Positions 23,701 to 36,203 of a stretch of 64,000 nucleotides of DNA are shown here, piece after piece (the stretch's first letter is position 1; each line of letters starts with the position of its first letter). Position numbers and translations under genes: made by a program. The stretch covers positions 248,001 to 312,000 of the forward strand of contig NW_027117352.1 of the NCBI RefSeq assembly GCF_038025025.1, written 5' to 3'. The notes beneath the pieces are model-generated. The model searched no databases and was not told the DNA's origin. It was given only the letters and a program-made list of their open reading frames with translations. The DNA comes from Phyllosticta citribraziliensis (taxonomy: Eukaryota).

Positions 23701-26045
23701 GCGGGCGCAGGGTGACTGCAGACAGCACCAGAAACGAACCCCAAGCTGGGAGGGAGGGAGGCGGAAGGGCGGGATGGGGTACGTTGAAGCCCTATTCTAT
23801 ATCAACCCGCCAAGCTTATCAACTGCCGAAAGTGGGAATCACGATCCTCGCAGCGCGCGTGGGCCGTTCGACAACGACGTCCCTCCCGGTCCCTCTATCC
23901 GGAGCTCGGCAATCCCCGTCCCCGTCCCGACATGGCAGCCCGGTATCCAGTATCCGAGGCGGAGAGAGGCAGCTTGGTTGTACGTCTGGCTGGCTGGCGG
24001 CGGGGGGGAGGGGTGCCAAGAGAGGACGGGGTTTTGGGCTGTGAGGGTGAGTTGCTGCCATGCGTACACGTTTTGTATCCAGCCAAGAAACAACCAAGGA
24101 GCTAAAACACAGGAAATATCAGCGCTTCGGTGACACGCCGCCAACCCTTGTAAACCCGCCGTCCGTGTGCGAAACCCCAGTCTCGAGAATCCATTCGCTG
24201 TCGGAGCGTGGAGCGGTATCACTCATGCCCTAGATTCAGCAGCTGGAGGGAGAGGGAAAGATTTCTTCCCGTCAAATCAGCAGCGACGTAAGCGATGTTT
24301 CAAAGTCGGTGTCCGTTTCGTCCCCGGGTCTTGTACAATGCGTCCGGGGAAGGTCTGGAACTCGACGCCCCAGGTCAAGGCCCCGTCTGACGATTTACCC
24401 AGGTCTGGGTACGGGCGTCTCAGCTCCGGTGGGGTGGGGTGGCACGCGTACCGGTCGTCTGTTCAGCCGGCGAGTGTCGATCCTTGTTGTTGTTGAGGCG
24501 CTTTGCTTCTACTACTACGGCGATGAGTATTTTCTGGGGTACCTTCCACGACAGGCAAAGGGGCAGTGCTGGAGAGGGTACCAGGGCATGCAGAAGCACG
24601 CATGGACGCACGCCGGCCTTGGTTTCACCATGATGACGGCGCAAGGGCCTTGCAGCTCCTCCCACGCGCGCGCGGCGCGGCGGTGCGGCGGCGGCGGCGG
24701 CGGAGCGGCACCAGCACCACCACCACGACGCCTGGGCGGTGCTGATGAAATCTCACAGAAAAACGACGAGGTTGGACAAGAGGTGCTGGATAGAAGGCCC
24801 AGGGCCCGCAAATGAATTATATCACTTTGGGAGCTGGTGCCGAGGCTCACGTCCAGGATTACGACAGCGGCGGGAAAGTTCCGTCGGCTCTGGAGCCAAG
24901 GTGTGTGGAACCATGGTGGCTTATCGTGGATTCAGAAGGAAGAACAAACATGGACGGAGCACATGCGAGAGGAAGAGGAAGAGAGAGAGAGAGCAAGACG
25001 AACCTTTACTCGAAGCAGCCAATGGCGTCGTGCGGCGCGTTGATCACCCGGGGAATAGCAGGGGCCACGGCCAAGAGATCCGGCAAATCTGTCCTCCCTC
25101 TTGGCCGCCAAGCATCCGGTACTTCTCCCGCTCCTCCTCCCACTACCACTAGTCGGTGCTACTAACTGCTTGCGCCCTCTCCAGCCCCATCCGCCGCTCT
25201 ACTCTCCAGATCCGTGGCTCCTCCTTCGCGTCCGGCCATTCGTCATGTCCTTGGCACTGCTCAGCGGCGTGCCCTTGTACGCGGTGAGCGGGAGGATGGA
25301 TTCCAACCATCAACGTCAATGTACCACGAGCACTCAAGCTTGAACAACCACAGCCACAAACATTGGCATGAGCGCTACGGTCCGCTGTCTTGTCCAGCCT
25401 TGGCCGGCCGCCCAAGGTCCATGACTCTGGCCTGCGGTCCTCCGATGACCAAGGCATGACCTGGTCCACTCCAAGGGCTAGCGTTATCTTCTTGCGTTGC
25501 GCCCGCTTGGCGTGCTTTCCATGTCGTCGACGGTTCCGCCGATGACCCTCTTCCGCTTGCCACGAAGGCTCGATGCACGTAACACGGAGCCCCCTAGCCC
25601 ATCTCACTATGAGATACGCCGAGAAAAGTGAGCGGCCGCTGGCTGCTGCTGCCGCCTCGCCCTCTGTCCCAAGTTCATGCGGAGGCTCGGCGGATGGAGC
25701 CCTGTGGCTTCATTCATAAGTACACCTACCTCGTTGTAGCCAACAAAAGCACATCATTCGCACGGCCTCTTGGTTGACTCAGCCTGACGTCGTTTCGCAC
25801 CCGCGCTCTGTCCACTACTTTATCTCGCCCCGCCGGCTTTCACTGGTCTGAAAGTGACAAACCTTGTCTAAGCCTCATCCTTGGTCTGGGGAAAAAGAGG
25901 TCTATTCGTTTATATCCAGCCATCCTTCTGTACCCAAACTTCTAGCCCACATCGACCATCACCCCTTTGCAGAACCATACGCCCCTTGAACAATCAGATT
26001 CTCAGCATTAAAAGTTCGGAGTCTTCGGCATCGATTAAAGTTCAA

Positions 26046-27882
26046 ATGCGTCCAAACGACACGATTCCAACACCAGCCGGTGTTCTTTTCCCTCGAGACC
26101 AGCAAGCAGTCCGCAATCCAGGCCGGTCTCGCCGAAACAGAATGGACTCTTCCAGCGCCTCGTTGTCCGAGACTGACCCGGAGAAGGGGGTCCAGGAAAC
26201 CACGGGAACCGAACAGCCGGGCGACATGGAGGAGGGCAACTGGCCCACGGGGTGGCGGCCCTGGACGACGCTCGCCGCCTGCTTCTTCCTCATGTTCAAC
26301 AGTTGGGGTCTCGTCAACGCATATGGCACCTTTGCCTCTTACTACAAGGACGTCTTACTTCCGAATCAGGATGCTCTCTTCTTCAACTTCTTTGGCGCCA
26401 CCGAGTGTTTCATGGTGCTCCTTTTGTCTGGCGTCGTCGGTCGCCTCCTCGATGGCGGCTACTCTCGGATCCTCTTGGGCATCGGGGCCGTCATCACTCC
26501 TGCCAGCTTCTTCTTGCTGAGTGTCGTCAACGGCGAGGGTGAGAGGGGCGATGGCAATGTCGGCCTCATCTGGCTTACGCACGGTTTCCTCGATGGATTG
26601 GGAATGTCTTGCTTCTTCGTGTCCAGCTCGCAGAGTGAGTACCTCTACCTTGACTTTCGAATTGTTGCTAATCTTGGCCAGTCGCTGCTACGTGGTTCCA
26701 TAAGCGCAAGAGTCTGGCAATTGGTATTGTTGCATCCGGCGCCAGTATCTGTAAGTGAACACTCATGTTCTCTGTGAGAGTGCCGTACTGACTGTTCCAT
26801 CAGCGGGTCTCGTTTATCCCATTATGCTGCGCTTTCTCATCACCAAAGTCGGATTCAACAACGCAGTCCGCGGTGTTGCTGGACTGATTGGCCTCACTGC
26901 GCTATTCTCATTCCTCTTTGCCGTCCCCAACCCTACGTCCAAGCAACGCGCACCAGACTCGTGGAGGAGGGTCCGTGTGTGGCTGGACCCGGAGGCGTTC
27001 AGGAACAAGCAGTTTTGCTGGTTCACGGCCGCCATTTCCTTCATGTTCCTCGGGTTCTACGCCGTCTTCTTCAACCTCGAAGAGGTGAGTTTGAAACAAT
27101 GCTTCTCATGCATCGACCAGCGCTAACGTGCGATAGTGGGCTGCGACCAAGGGCGTTGGCTACAAGGAAGGCATCGCGTCCGAGGCTGACGAGGGAACTG
27201 ACCGGCAGATGACGGCCGGTCTGGCCACCTACTACCTTTTGGCTATTATGAACGCAATGAGCACGTTTGGCCGCATTGGTGCGGCATGGGCCAGTGACCA
27301 GTACGTTTCCCCGTTCCCCTTTGGTTTGAAAACGACTAACAGCAGACTAGCATTGGTGGCGTTCAGGTCCACACCGTGGTAGCTTCTGTGTGCTCCCTCC
27401 TCGTTCTCATCCTCTGGTCCCTGACCACCACGTTTGCCGGCGCCATGTGCTTCATCACCTTCTTCGGCATCTTCAGCGGCGCGCTGATCGGCCTCCCGCC
27501 CGCCAGCATGGCATACATCCTCGGCAAGTCGAAGGCGCGGCAAGCCAAGCTCGGCCAGTGGACCGGCATGATGTACACTGCGGCGGCCATCCCGTCGCTC
27601 GTCGGCCCCATCGTCGCCGGCCACCTCGTCAGCGAGTTCAAGGACTACATAACCGTGCAGATGTGGAGCGGCAGCTGTCTGGCCTGCGCCGCCGCCTGCA
27701 TGGGCGTCACGTGGTGGTATAAGAGCCAGGAGCTGGCGGCCGGCGGTCCCCCAACCACTATCGACGAGCCCGTCATCCCGCTCGAGAGGGTCGGCAGCCA
27801 GGCTTCGTGGGTGACGCGTGGCTACGACACCGACCGTCCGCAAGGCGACGAGGCGAAGGAGGAGGTTTATGGCAAGGACTAG
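26046..27882 (+). CDS. MFS monocarboxylate transporter-like (MCT/Mch family)
   Basis: SWGLVNAYGTF, ATWFHKRKSLAIGIVASGAS, MNAMSTFGRI and LVGPIVAG motifs. Introns at 26635-26681, 26751-26803, about 27085-27137 and about 27301-27350. An alternative start exists at 26142. Confidence 0.9.
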
Positions 27883-30800
27883 ACGCATGTCTTCCTCGCT
27901 CGATACCTGCCTGCCTCGTCGCTCCTGGCGAGCGACGACGGCACTCCGACAGGTGTTTGTTCCTTTTGATGACTTGCTCGCTGCTTGTCTTTGTACTATT
28001 GCCTGGCCTCTTGCTGGCCGCGCACCACTTTGGCCAGCTCGACCGCCTAGGCGCTTACGATCGCTACTCCACGGTCGCCCGTTTTCTTCCTTGGCTTGAC
28101 TATTGTCTCGTCTCTCGTATTATTGTTTATCTATCCCTTGTGGGAAGCGGACCGACCACTCGACACGCATACACAATGGGCAACGAGGAACAACCAAAAG
28201 ATTTTTTTCCGCGTCTTTCTTCTACTTCTTTCCCGCTTCTTTCTTCCCTTTTCCCCGTCATTGCACCCCACACAAGCCAGGCGTTCAGCTGATGACTCAA
28301 AAGCTGGTCTGTTGTTGCTGCTGTTGTTGATTCGGGTCCTAGGACCCAGTCTACACGCATATACACACACATTCTCTCTCTTGTCAACGTCATGCATGAA
28401 TGGAGGCGAAGCAGCCTTTGGGGCAGGGAAAATGCATGGGCTTGCATTGCTGCGACATGTACGGATCGGCGTTGTTGTCGGATACGACAGACACTGCCGA
28501 ATTCCTTTGGGATTTTCCGTCTCTGGCGTTCCATACTGTTTTTTTGTCCACTTGGTTCACGGCGCTGCTGGTGTTTTGGTCGGCCGACCTCGTCGGTCAC
28601 AGTGGTTTGGTTGGGACGGAATAGGTCGGTCGGTTGGTTGCTGGCGGCGTTCCTGCTGTTTTTCCTTCACGTCTGGCTAACGAGTCTCCTTGTTTTCCAC
28701 GACTGTACGGCTGCGGACGCTGGTTCGGGTGTCTGCGGCTGGTCGTCGCGTTGTCGATCGATGTCGTGAGGCGATTCTCCGTCGTCTCTTCGACACCACG
28801 TCGACTTCTGCGCGCTTGCTTGTTTGGACGAATCGATGCGTGCTGCTGCTGTCGCGTTTATCATAGATGATGATGCTGCGATGCGATCTATCGGTTCAGG
28901 GATGCGGAGAAGAGAGGGCATATACTACTACAGTACTACTACTACGAGTACAGATGGATACTGGTTGCGAAGAAGAAATCGAGAAAATTGTCACGTTTTT
29001 GCCATTGGTGTTTGTCGATTGGCTAGGTGGAATGTGATGCCTTGTGGATGATGCCACTGCTGACGCCAGGTCGTCGCTATCTCTTGCAATCTCCCCCATT
29101 AGCACTGATTCCAAACTGCTGCTACAGCTGATAGTGGTATCGCCGCGCGTCCCGTCGCGTCGCACAAGTGAGTTCAAGCGAGCAACGCGGGCAGGTGTGT
29201 ATGTAGCTTATCACTTGCATGTACACAGCCAGCCAGGCACCCTCGTCGCACTCCACCTACACACATACATGCATACCTAGCCAACTGACTGGCTGGCAGG
29301 TTTAGTCCGTCCGGTCGGCTCTCGCTGTCAGTAGGCAGCGCTAACGTTCCAAGAAAACGCTCCTCCACTCCTCTCCTCTCCTCTCCTCCGTCCTCCACTC
29401 CTCTCTCTGCGGCCCCGCCCACGCGCGTCTATCCACACATACATACATGCGTACGTACGCATCCCTTGCTGCTTGCTCGACCGCTCGCCGAGTGGCTCTC
29501 CCATGTTCCCTTATCGGCGTCCCCGCCCAGGTGGCTGGCGCGCTACGTCGTCTAGGAATAGATAGTCTGCTTAGCCACCCACGCGCGCACGCGCGCCTAT
29601 GCATCGGATGTACTGTTTGCTCTGTGCACCTTGATAGCTCGGCGCGTGTCTGGCCCGCAGCATCAACCGTCAAATGAATCAACGACGACAAAACCACCGC
29701 AACGCCCCTCCTTCCTCTTCTTGACCCCATCCCTTCCTCAACAGAAAAAGAATGGGAGGTGCGGGATGGCGTCCTACCATGCGCTGCTGCCGCCACACGT
29801 GTCGTTGTCGGTGGATGGCGTTCTTCCGTACTGCTATGTCGTGTCACTTGTTTCATGCCCCTCCCTCTCTGTTTACTCCATCTGATGCTGAAGCACTGCG
29901 GCTTGTGTCAGCGGATTCCTTATTTTCTGCTTCTTGTTCGCGCTGTTGTTGCTCGCTGTCGCTGGAAGTGTGTTGCAGCCCGCCGTCCATCCAGCAGCAT
30001 GGATGCCATTTATCCATCCATACATCTACAGCGACGGATCAAACGCAGAGGCAGAGAAGCGTGCGCTCTTGGCAGTACTGCACATACACACACACACACG
30101 ACCTGCATTCGTTTCCCAATTCGTCGTCCGCCGCCACCGCCGCTGCTGGAGAGTAAGGGACGACGAAGAGACACAGCCAGCCAGCCAAGGCCCGTACCTA
30201 TACTCACCCAAGGTCTAGACTGGGCACGCCATCGACAAACTCTCAGGTACATAAATACATACATGCCATGCCTTGCCTGTCTCGCCGCCCAACCCACACA
30301 TAGACGCCCGACGAGCCCATCGGTAAGGCAGGTAGCCGCTCCGCCCCGCTCGCTCGCTTGCCTGCCTGCCCAGCTTGGCGGCGGAGACACAGACAGCCTT
30401 GACTGTGGTGAGTGGGGCCGTGGGCTGTAGCTGAGACGGCTGTTCGCTTTCCTTTTTGCTTGGAGTGGCAGCGCGACGTGTTCGCCGCCGCCGCCGCCGC
30501 TGCTGCCAAGGTGGTTGTGAGTTTGGCCGCGTTGATGCGCGTTTTCCGGGTCGCTTTTCCGTTGCTGTGGTGGTTTTCCGCTAGACGGATGGTGAGGGGG
30601 TTGCGTGGGTGAGTACATGAGATACCTGATCTCAATGATGACGGCGTGAAGGAAACGGATTGCACATCTGCCTTTCCCGCCTTACTCTATCGTACGGTCT
30701 TCCGCTGACGGCCGGCTCGCCGGCATTCAAAAGAAGCCCAACAGCTACATATTGCTGCTGCGCTGCACTGCCTCCTCCTCCGTAGCTTTTTTGCGCCATC

Positions 30801-32237
30801 CTATTCTCTCCCAGCCTCCTCTTTCTTCACTCGGCGTAATCGTTTGTTTCCGCCATAATCACGTTTTACTCACCTTTCCAACCCCGCTCCCTTCTGCAGC
30901 GCTGCACCAGACGTCTCCATGTCCTCTCCTCTCCTCTCCCCTCCCCTCCCGCTGACTCTCCACGACATCACCAGCCAAGCCAGCGTACGCTCACCTTACT
31001 ACCTTCACTCAGCCCATCCACCTCTCAGTCCCCCATCTTCCGCGTGAAAGACTCTCGGTACATACCGAACCGCGTTTCCATGCCAACTCATCGTCCGATC
31101 CGGCGTCGCCTTGGCCAAGACGCATCGGCAGCAGCCGGGCAGCTCGCCGGCGGCCGTGGGCGCCGCCTCGGCAACGCTCATGACGGGAGGAGAGGCCTGA
31201 GGTTCAAGTGCGTGGGTGAGTTGGTGAGGGTGTAGTGGTCCTGCTTCGTCTCCGCTTCTCGGCGCCAGGCCACTGCGATACGGGGTGGCGCTGATCTCGA
31301 TGGAGGGCGCCAAGAGGGTCTGAGAAGGGACATGTCGCATCGCTGGTCCGCGTTGAGCGTTGAGAGGGACTCGGTAGGTAGACATCAGGCAGAGCCGAGG
31401 GCGTTTGAGTGTGGAGGTTGGCGCCTTTCTCGCGGCACCCCGAACTGCTGGGTCAGGCGGATTGAGTTGTATACCTGGTGGTAGACTTGGTTGCAGTTTT
31501 CAGTCACAGTAAAGTCAAACGGCTGTTTGCGCTTTTCGTCCTGCTGAGACAGACGACCTCGAATCTTCACAGCAAACATGATCGCTCCGCCATCCAGCGC
31601 CAACGCGCTCAATACTTTTCTCTCCCAAACACTTCGTTCCAGGCTCAAGCCCAAAGGCATCTCTCTCTGTCTCTGCAGTAAACACTGCACCTCAGCACCA
31701 ATCCAACTCATTATAGGGGCCATCATCGTTTTGCATCAAAGCCAATCGACGCAGCCGAGTCTCGCAGCTGCATGTGCAACCAGCGCGAGTGTTTGGCACG
31801 TAGTAGAGTCGTGAGTTGTCCGTGTAGCGGGGAGAGTGCTCCGGTCCGGCAACGTTGGCAGCAGCAGGGATGTGCGCGGGCAGGGATCGGTTGTATTGAG
31901 GCTGGGTGGGCGGGAAGCGCCGTCTAGCTGAACGGGGTGATGGGGGTGGGGTAAGGGGGTGTCGAGGGGGGTGCTGCGAGGGGTCGATTGCCAAGTTGGC
32001 CAGGAGACTTCGAGATGAAGGAGTAGAAGGATGAATCGACGCCGCTTGTGGAAGCGCGTCGAAAACAGCCAGCAATTGCGCGCGAGGTCATCCGGGCGAG
32101 CACGCCGAAAATTTTTGAAGTCCTGGCCGACCCTTCACACGCATCTGCTCTTCACAGCGGCCACATCCTCTGCATCCCCCATGTCGCTCTCAACATCAAG
32201 TACCATTAACCCCATTATCCCTGTCATACTTTTCGCT

Positions 32238-32407
32238 GGTCGATTGGTCTAGTTGGTCATGACGTGGGTATGTTTCTCTGCGCCAAACGAAAATTTCTCC
32301 AAGAGCCCGTCTCTAACGAATTCCCTATAGGTCTCATAGATTGTGCTATGATCACCTCGCTGAGGTGAGCGATCCCAAGGTCACCAGTTCGATCCTGGTA
32401 TCGACCA
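32238..32407 (+). tRNA. tRNA-Met(CAT), elongator type, with two introns: a spliceosomal-type intron (32268-32330) and a canonical tRNA intron (32339-32371)
   Basis: The spliced sequence GGTCGAT TG GTCTAGTTGGTCATGAC G TGGGT CTCATAA TCCCA AGGTC ACCAG TTCGATC CTGGT ATCGACC A folds as a 74-nt cloverleaf. It has perfect acceptor and T stems, the T31.T39 pair typical of elongator Met, intact A/B boxes and a downstream TTTT. Confidence 0.85.
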
Positions 32408-33098
32408 TGGTCTTTTGCTGTTTTGCTGCTCTGCTGTTGGGAATGGGGACGGGAATAAGGTGGTGGTTGTCGGGCCGTTTTGGTGCGGTGGGATGAGGGT
32501 TATGTTCTACTCCGTACTTCGTCTCTTCCTTTTTGGTTCTTGAACACGTCTTGAAACTCGTTTGCTTCAATCTTTCTTTCGACAGGTCCTCGGATCCTGG
32601 GATCGGTATGCTCGGCGGGAGCTTGACAGGTTGAGAACGACATTCGGGCCGCGAGCCTGTCCCAACCAACAGAACAGCTGGACGACATCCAAAGCCAACA
32701 AGAACGGAGACCCTCACTGCAAAAGACATTAGCAAATCGGACTCTCCACCTGGAGAATGGACCGCGGCGAAGTTCTGCCAAAGTGACGTTGAGGAGAAAA
32801 CACTGCGCCACTCAAACACCACACATCCACCAACAAAGCCACAACGCAGCGCAGCTCAGAAAGCCACCAAAACTGCTCTCAAGACCAAAAGGACGCAACG
32901 CAAGCATCCCAAACGCCTTCCTCCCACCCAAAACAGCAACGCACCCCTTACAAGCTAACCAGACACGGCAACCAAAAGATTCTGGCATCTACCGGTCCGT
33001 GCGCGCCCCATCATAAAAAGCTGCGAAAAATTTGTCCCCTGGCCGACGTACACGGGTGGACGATGCGTGGGCGGGTGGAGAATCAGGGGGCAAAAGGA

Positions 33099-33207
33099 TA
33101 CGGGATGCGAGACTTGAACTCGCGACCTTCAGTGCTCTTCAGACGCTCCTGATCGCTCAGAACCGCTACTGTTAGACTGACGTGATTACCAACTACACCA
33201 ACCCCGC
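33099..33207 (-). tRNA. tRNA-Val(AAC) with canonical 35-nt intron (33135-33169)
   Basis: Minus strand reads GCGGGGT TGGTGTAGTTGGTAATCACG TCAGT CTAACA [intron] C ACTGA AGGTC GCGAG TTCAAGT CTCGC ATCCCGT A, followed by a TTTT terminator. Confidence 0.93.
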
Positions 33208-33588
33208 TTGATGATGGAACTGCGAGGGGTGGATTGGATTATGTTCAGGCAGAAAGGGGGAACGATTCAGGGGGTGGGGATGATGCGACGCGATTTTGGG
33301 GCCGAGATGAGTGGTTATGGGGGTTGGTAGCAATCGAGCAGTAGCATAAGAAGGACCTGCTGTCAAGGATTGCCAGTGTAGCGAGACTTGGACTGAAGTG
33401 GGGTCTGAAGGGGGTGGAAATGACGGAGGGAATCGCGAAAGAGTGGGGACGCAAGTTGCTTGACTTGAGCTTTTGCAGTCGACCCCACGGCGTTTGACGG
33501 CCCTGATGAGACTCAAAGAGAAGTGACGGAACTGAAAAGAGCGTATGAACACTGCGGCAAAGCCTGAGAACCGTACTCAAATAAGGCA

Positions 33589-33678
33589 ATGATGTAAAGA
33601 TGCGTTGGGCGACAGGATAGGATGTACAACACCTGATGGATCTTTGCAGAGCCCCGATGCTTCTATTGCATGCTCTGA
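33589..33678 (+). ncRNA. Candidate intronic box C/D snoRNA
   Basis: Box C-like ATGATGT (33589), D' CTGA (33633) and D CTGA (33675) lie between a GTATGA donor (33543) and CTAACAG (33693-33699). No rRNA target was identified by eye. Confidence 0.3.
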
Positions 33679-36203
33679 ACCCAAAAAGATTTCTAACAGA
33701 AGGAAATGGACGTTTGATGTGTTCGCGAGACAAGGAGGCTGCAGGTGTTCACCTGCCAGCCGGTGAGTGTGGCGCTGATGCACAACGGACACCACTCTCA
33801 AAGGAAAGAAACAAACTGGAAGAAGCAGAAAGAAGCAGAGCAGGGAAAAAGAGAGCGCAATCAAACCCACCGGCGCAATTTGTCTAGTCCGCCCGCCTTC
33901 GAGCCTTCTGCGACATACACTTCGCACCTCGCAACCGCATCTCCAACCCTCACACTCACACTTACCTTGATGTCCTAAAGCCGCAAATTTAGCCGCCACA
34001 ATAGATGTGCCGTCCGTGTTCAGGCACCCGGCGCGCGGACGCCGACCCAAAACGGTAACCCGACCTGCGGTGCATCCGTCCGCAGAGAATACGGCGACAA
34101 TACGAGAGCCAAGAGGCGTCTCGAAGCGCAAAGCGAGCGTCTGGTGGGGTAAATACCTGAGTACGCATTACATGTGTTAATGTCGTACAGTGGATGATGC
34201 ACTGCTGGAGCATCCTGTGTGGATAGCTGAGTTTGGATTTGACGGGAAGAAAAAGGGCAGTCACGCTTCTTTAAACGTACTGCCATCTTGCGGCTCTGTA
34301 TGACCTCACTGAAAGCCAGCTCGCCACTTTCAGCCGCTATGATTGCGATCATCGTCAGCAGCGTCAGTCGGTGCCGTGTCGGCTTGGCCTGCAGCGAGCT
34401 GGACTGGGCGCAGCTTGGCCGACTCGAGCGAGCGTTGTTCGTCCGTCGTCGGCTTTCAACGACGCGGAGAAGAGGCTGCAAAAGCCGGAAAAGATGGGGT
34501 TGGTGGTAGTGATGAAGAAAATGATGCAAAGGTGCAGAAGTGCAACGTGTGGGAATGTGGACGGGCAATGTGGGGTCTTGCCTGCGTGCAAGACAACAAT
34601 GACCCGAGCTGCTTCGGTAGTAAAAACACAGCGACGGCGATGAGGAGCATTCTGGGGTGACAGGAGGCGAGAGATGGGAGTATGTGGGTTGCCCGTGGCG
34701 TGACGGGTGCTTGGCAAGGGGCCAGGATGGATGAGGTGCGGTGAGGCTGAAGTTACGCGGTGATGGATGTGAGGAAGACCATTTCAAAACGACAAAGAGA
34801 CCGAGAGGGCGTCTTCTTGAATTATATAGAGACCTGGCAAGGCTGGACATAGCCGGTGCGAGTCAATCAGACGGAATGGTGTTGATCAAACTGGGTTGAA
34901 GGATAAGGGTTTTGAGAGATATGGTCGTGTCTCGGTCGTCACGCAGACGGAACTTGCAAGGGACCTGGAATCATTCCAGGCTTGCCTGGTAAAGCCCCGA
35001 GAGCCGACACAGGGACCTGGGGTGGGGAGGTACTTCGGCCAGCACGAGTCGTGGAAGATACCATATCTCCGTCAGCCTTGTCCGCAGCATTTCGACGCCT
35101 GCAGTCCACAGCTATCACAGATACATCGATAACAAAAGATACAACCTCACCATGATCCAGTCTGACGTCTCCTGCTCCTTTGCCTCTGGCAGGAGACCAC
35201 TTGCACGTCATGCTCGGGGACCGGAGCAAAGAAGACGGCATGCTCCGCGCGAAAAGGCAACAATGGCCGAGGCGCACGGCCGCGCGTGGGTATTTTCCTG
35301 ACCGCAGGACCTTACCCCACGGGGCGAAAGTGCCAGCACGGCGGTTAGAGTGTGTAGAAAGTACCGAGATCCTGTGCAAAAATGGGGCCTTATCAGCCGG
35401 GGCGGCGCACCAGGCGACAACGAGAAAGTGGAGGCATTTCGCCCTGGAGCCGGGAATTAGGCCGCGCAAGGAGACAAGCCATGCAGTGTGAGCAAAGAGG
35501 AAAGTGGGAGACGTGCGTGGTGGAGAAGTGGTGATGTCGCTGATGAAAAGTGCCGGTCGGCAATTGAGAGCGCCCCCGGGGTCAGGGACCTGTGCCGGCT
35601 ATTATCATCCAGCAGCAGCAACAGCAGGAAGAAAAGAGGTTGAAGAGAGCGACGTGCCGTTTGGATAGGCACATAATTGCGGGGAAGACCGGGCCTCGCT
35701 TGGTGCAGTCCGGGGTGCATGCGTCGAGCCCATGCGTTGACGCAGCGCTGCAGAATCGCGCCCAAACAACGACACCTCCCATCATTGACGCTGCTTGACT
35801 CGCCGACCGCTGACGCACCCACTCGCCGAGCACCGCATTCTGCCTGGCTAAGCATCCCCCTTTCGAGTCCCTGGCCCGCGCCCACCGCCGCCAAGCTGCT
35901 GTCCACCTGACAGGGCGACTTGGCCCGACGGCTCTCTGGCTGAAGACATCCGGGGCGCCATTGACCCATTTGCCCTGCCTTCCCGCGCTGGGTCGCGCGC
36001 TCTCACGCGTCATGGAGAAGCGGCAGGAAGAGGAGAAAGCTGACGGCCACGGCCAGGCGTATAAAAGCAGGCTGGGCGCAATCGACGCCAAAACAGCAGC
36101 ATCCAGAGGATTCTGGCAAAACGGCGCGCCGCAGCAGCAGCCAGGGACCAATCGCAGCAGACAGCTGTTGCTCGCAGTCGTCTTCTTCCTCCTCGTCATT
36201 ACC

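Noticed and set aside
30609..30744. GTGAGT ... ATGATGA (30635) ... CTGA (30705) ... ACAG, resembling an intronic C/D snoRNA
   Set aside because: The D box coincides with the only plausible branch point (GCTGAC), no D'/C' pair or target is evident, and there is no terminal stem.
32238..32407. Alternative reading as a tRNA-Val(CAC) mutated to CAT, since the D arm resembles the neighbouring Val gene
   Set aside because: The T31.T39 pair, the CTCATAA loop with A38 and the intron complementarity to TCATAG all fit elongator Met.
32352..32822. 156-aa minus-strand ORF between the tRNAs, with an intron-acceptor-like GCTAAT...CAG
   Set aside because: It overlaps the tRNA-Met gene in antisense, has no recognisable domain, and no convincing donor or start was found.
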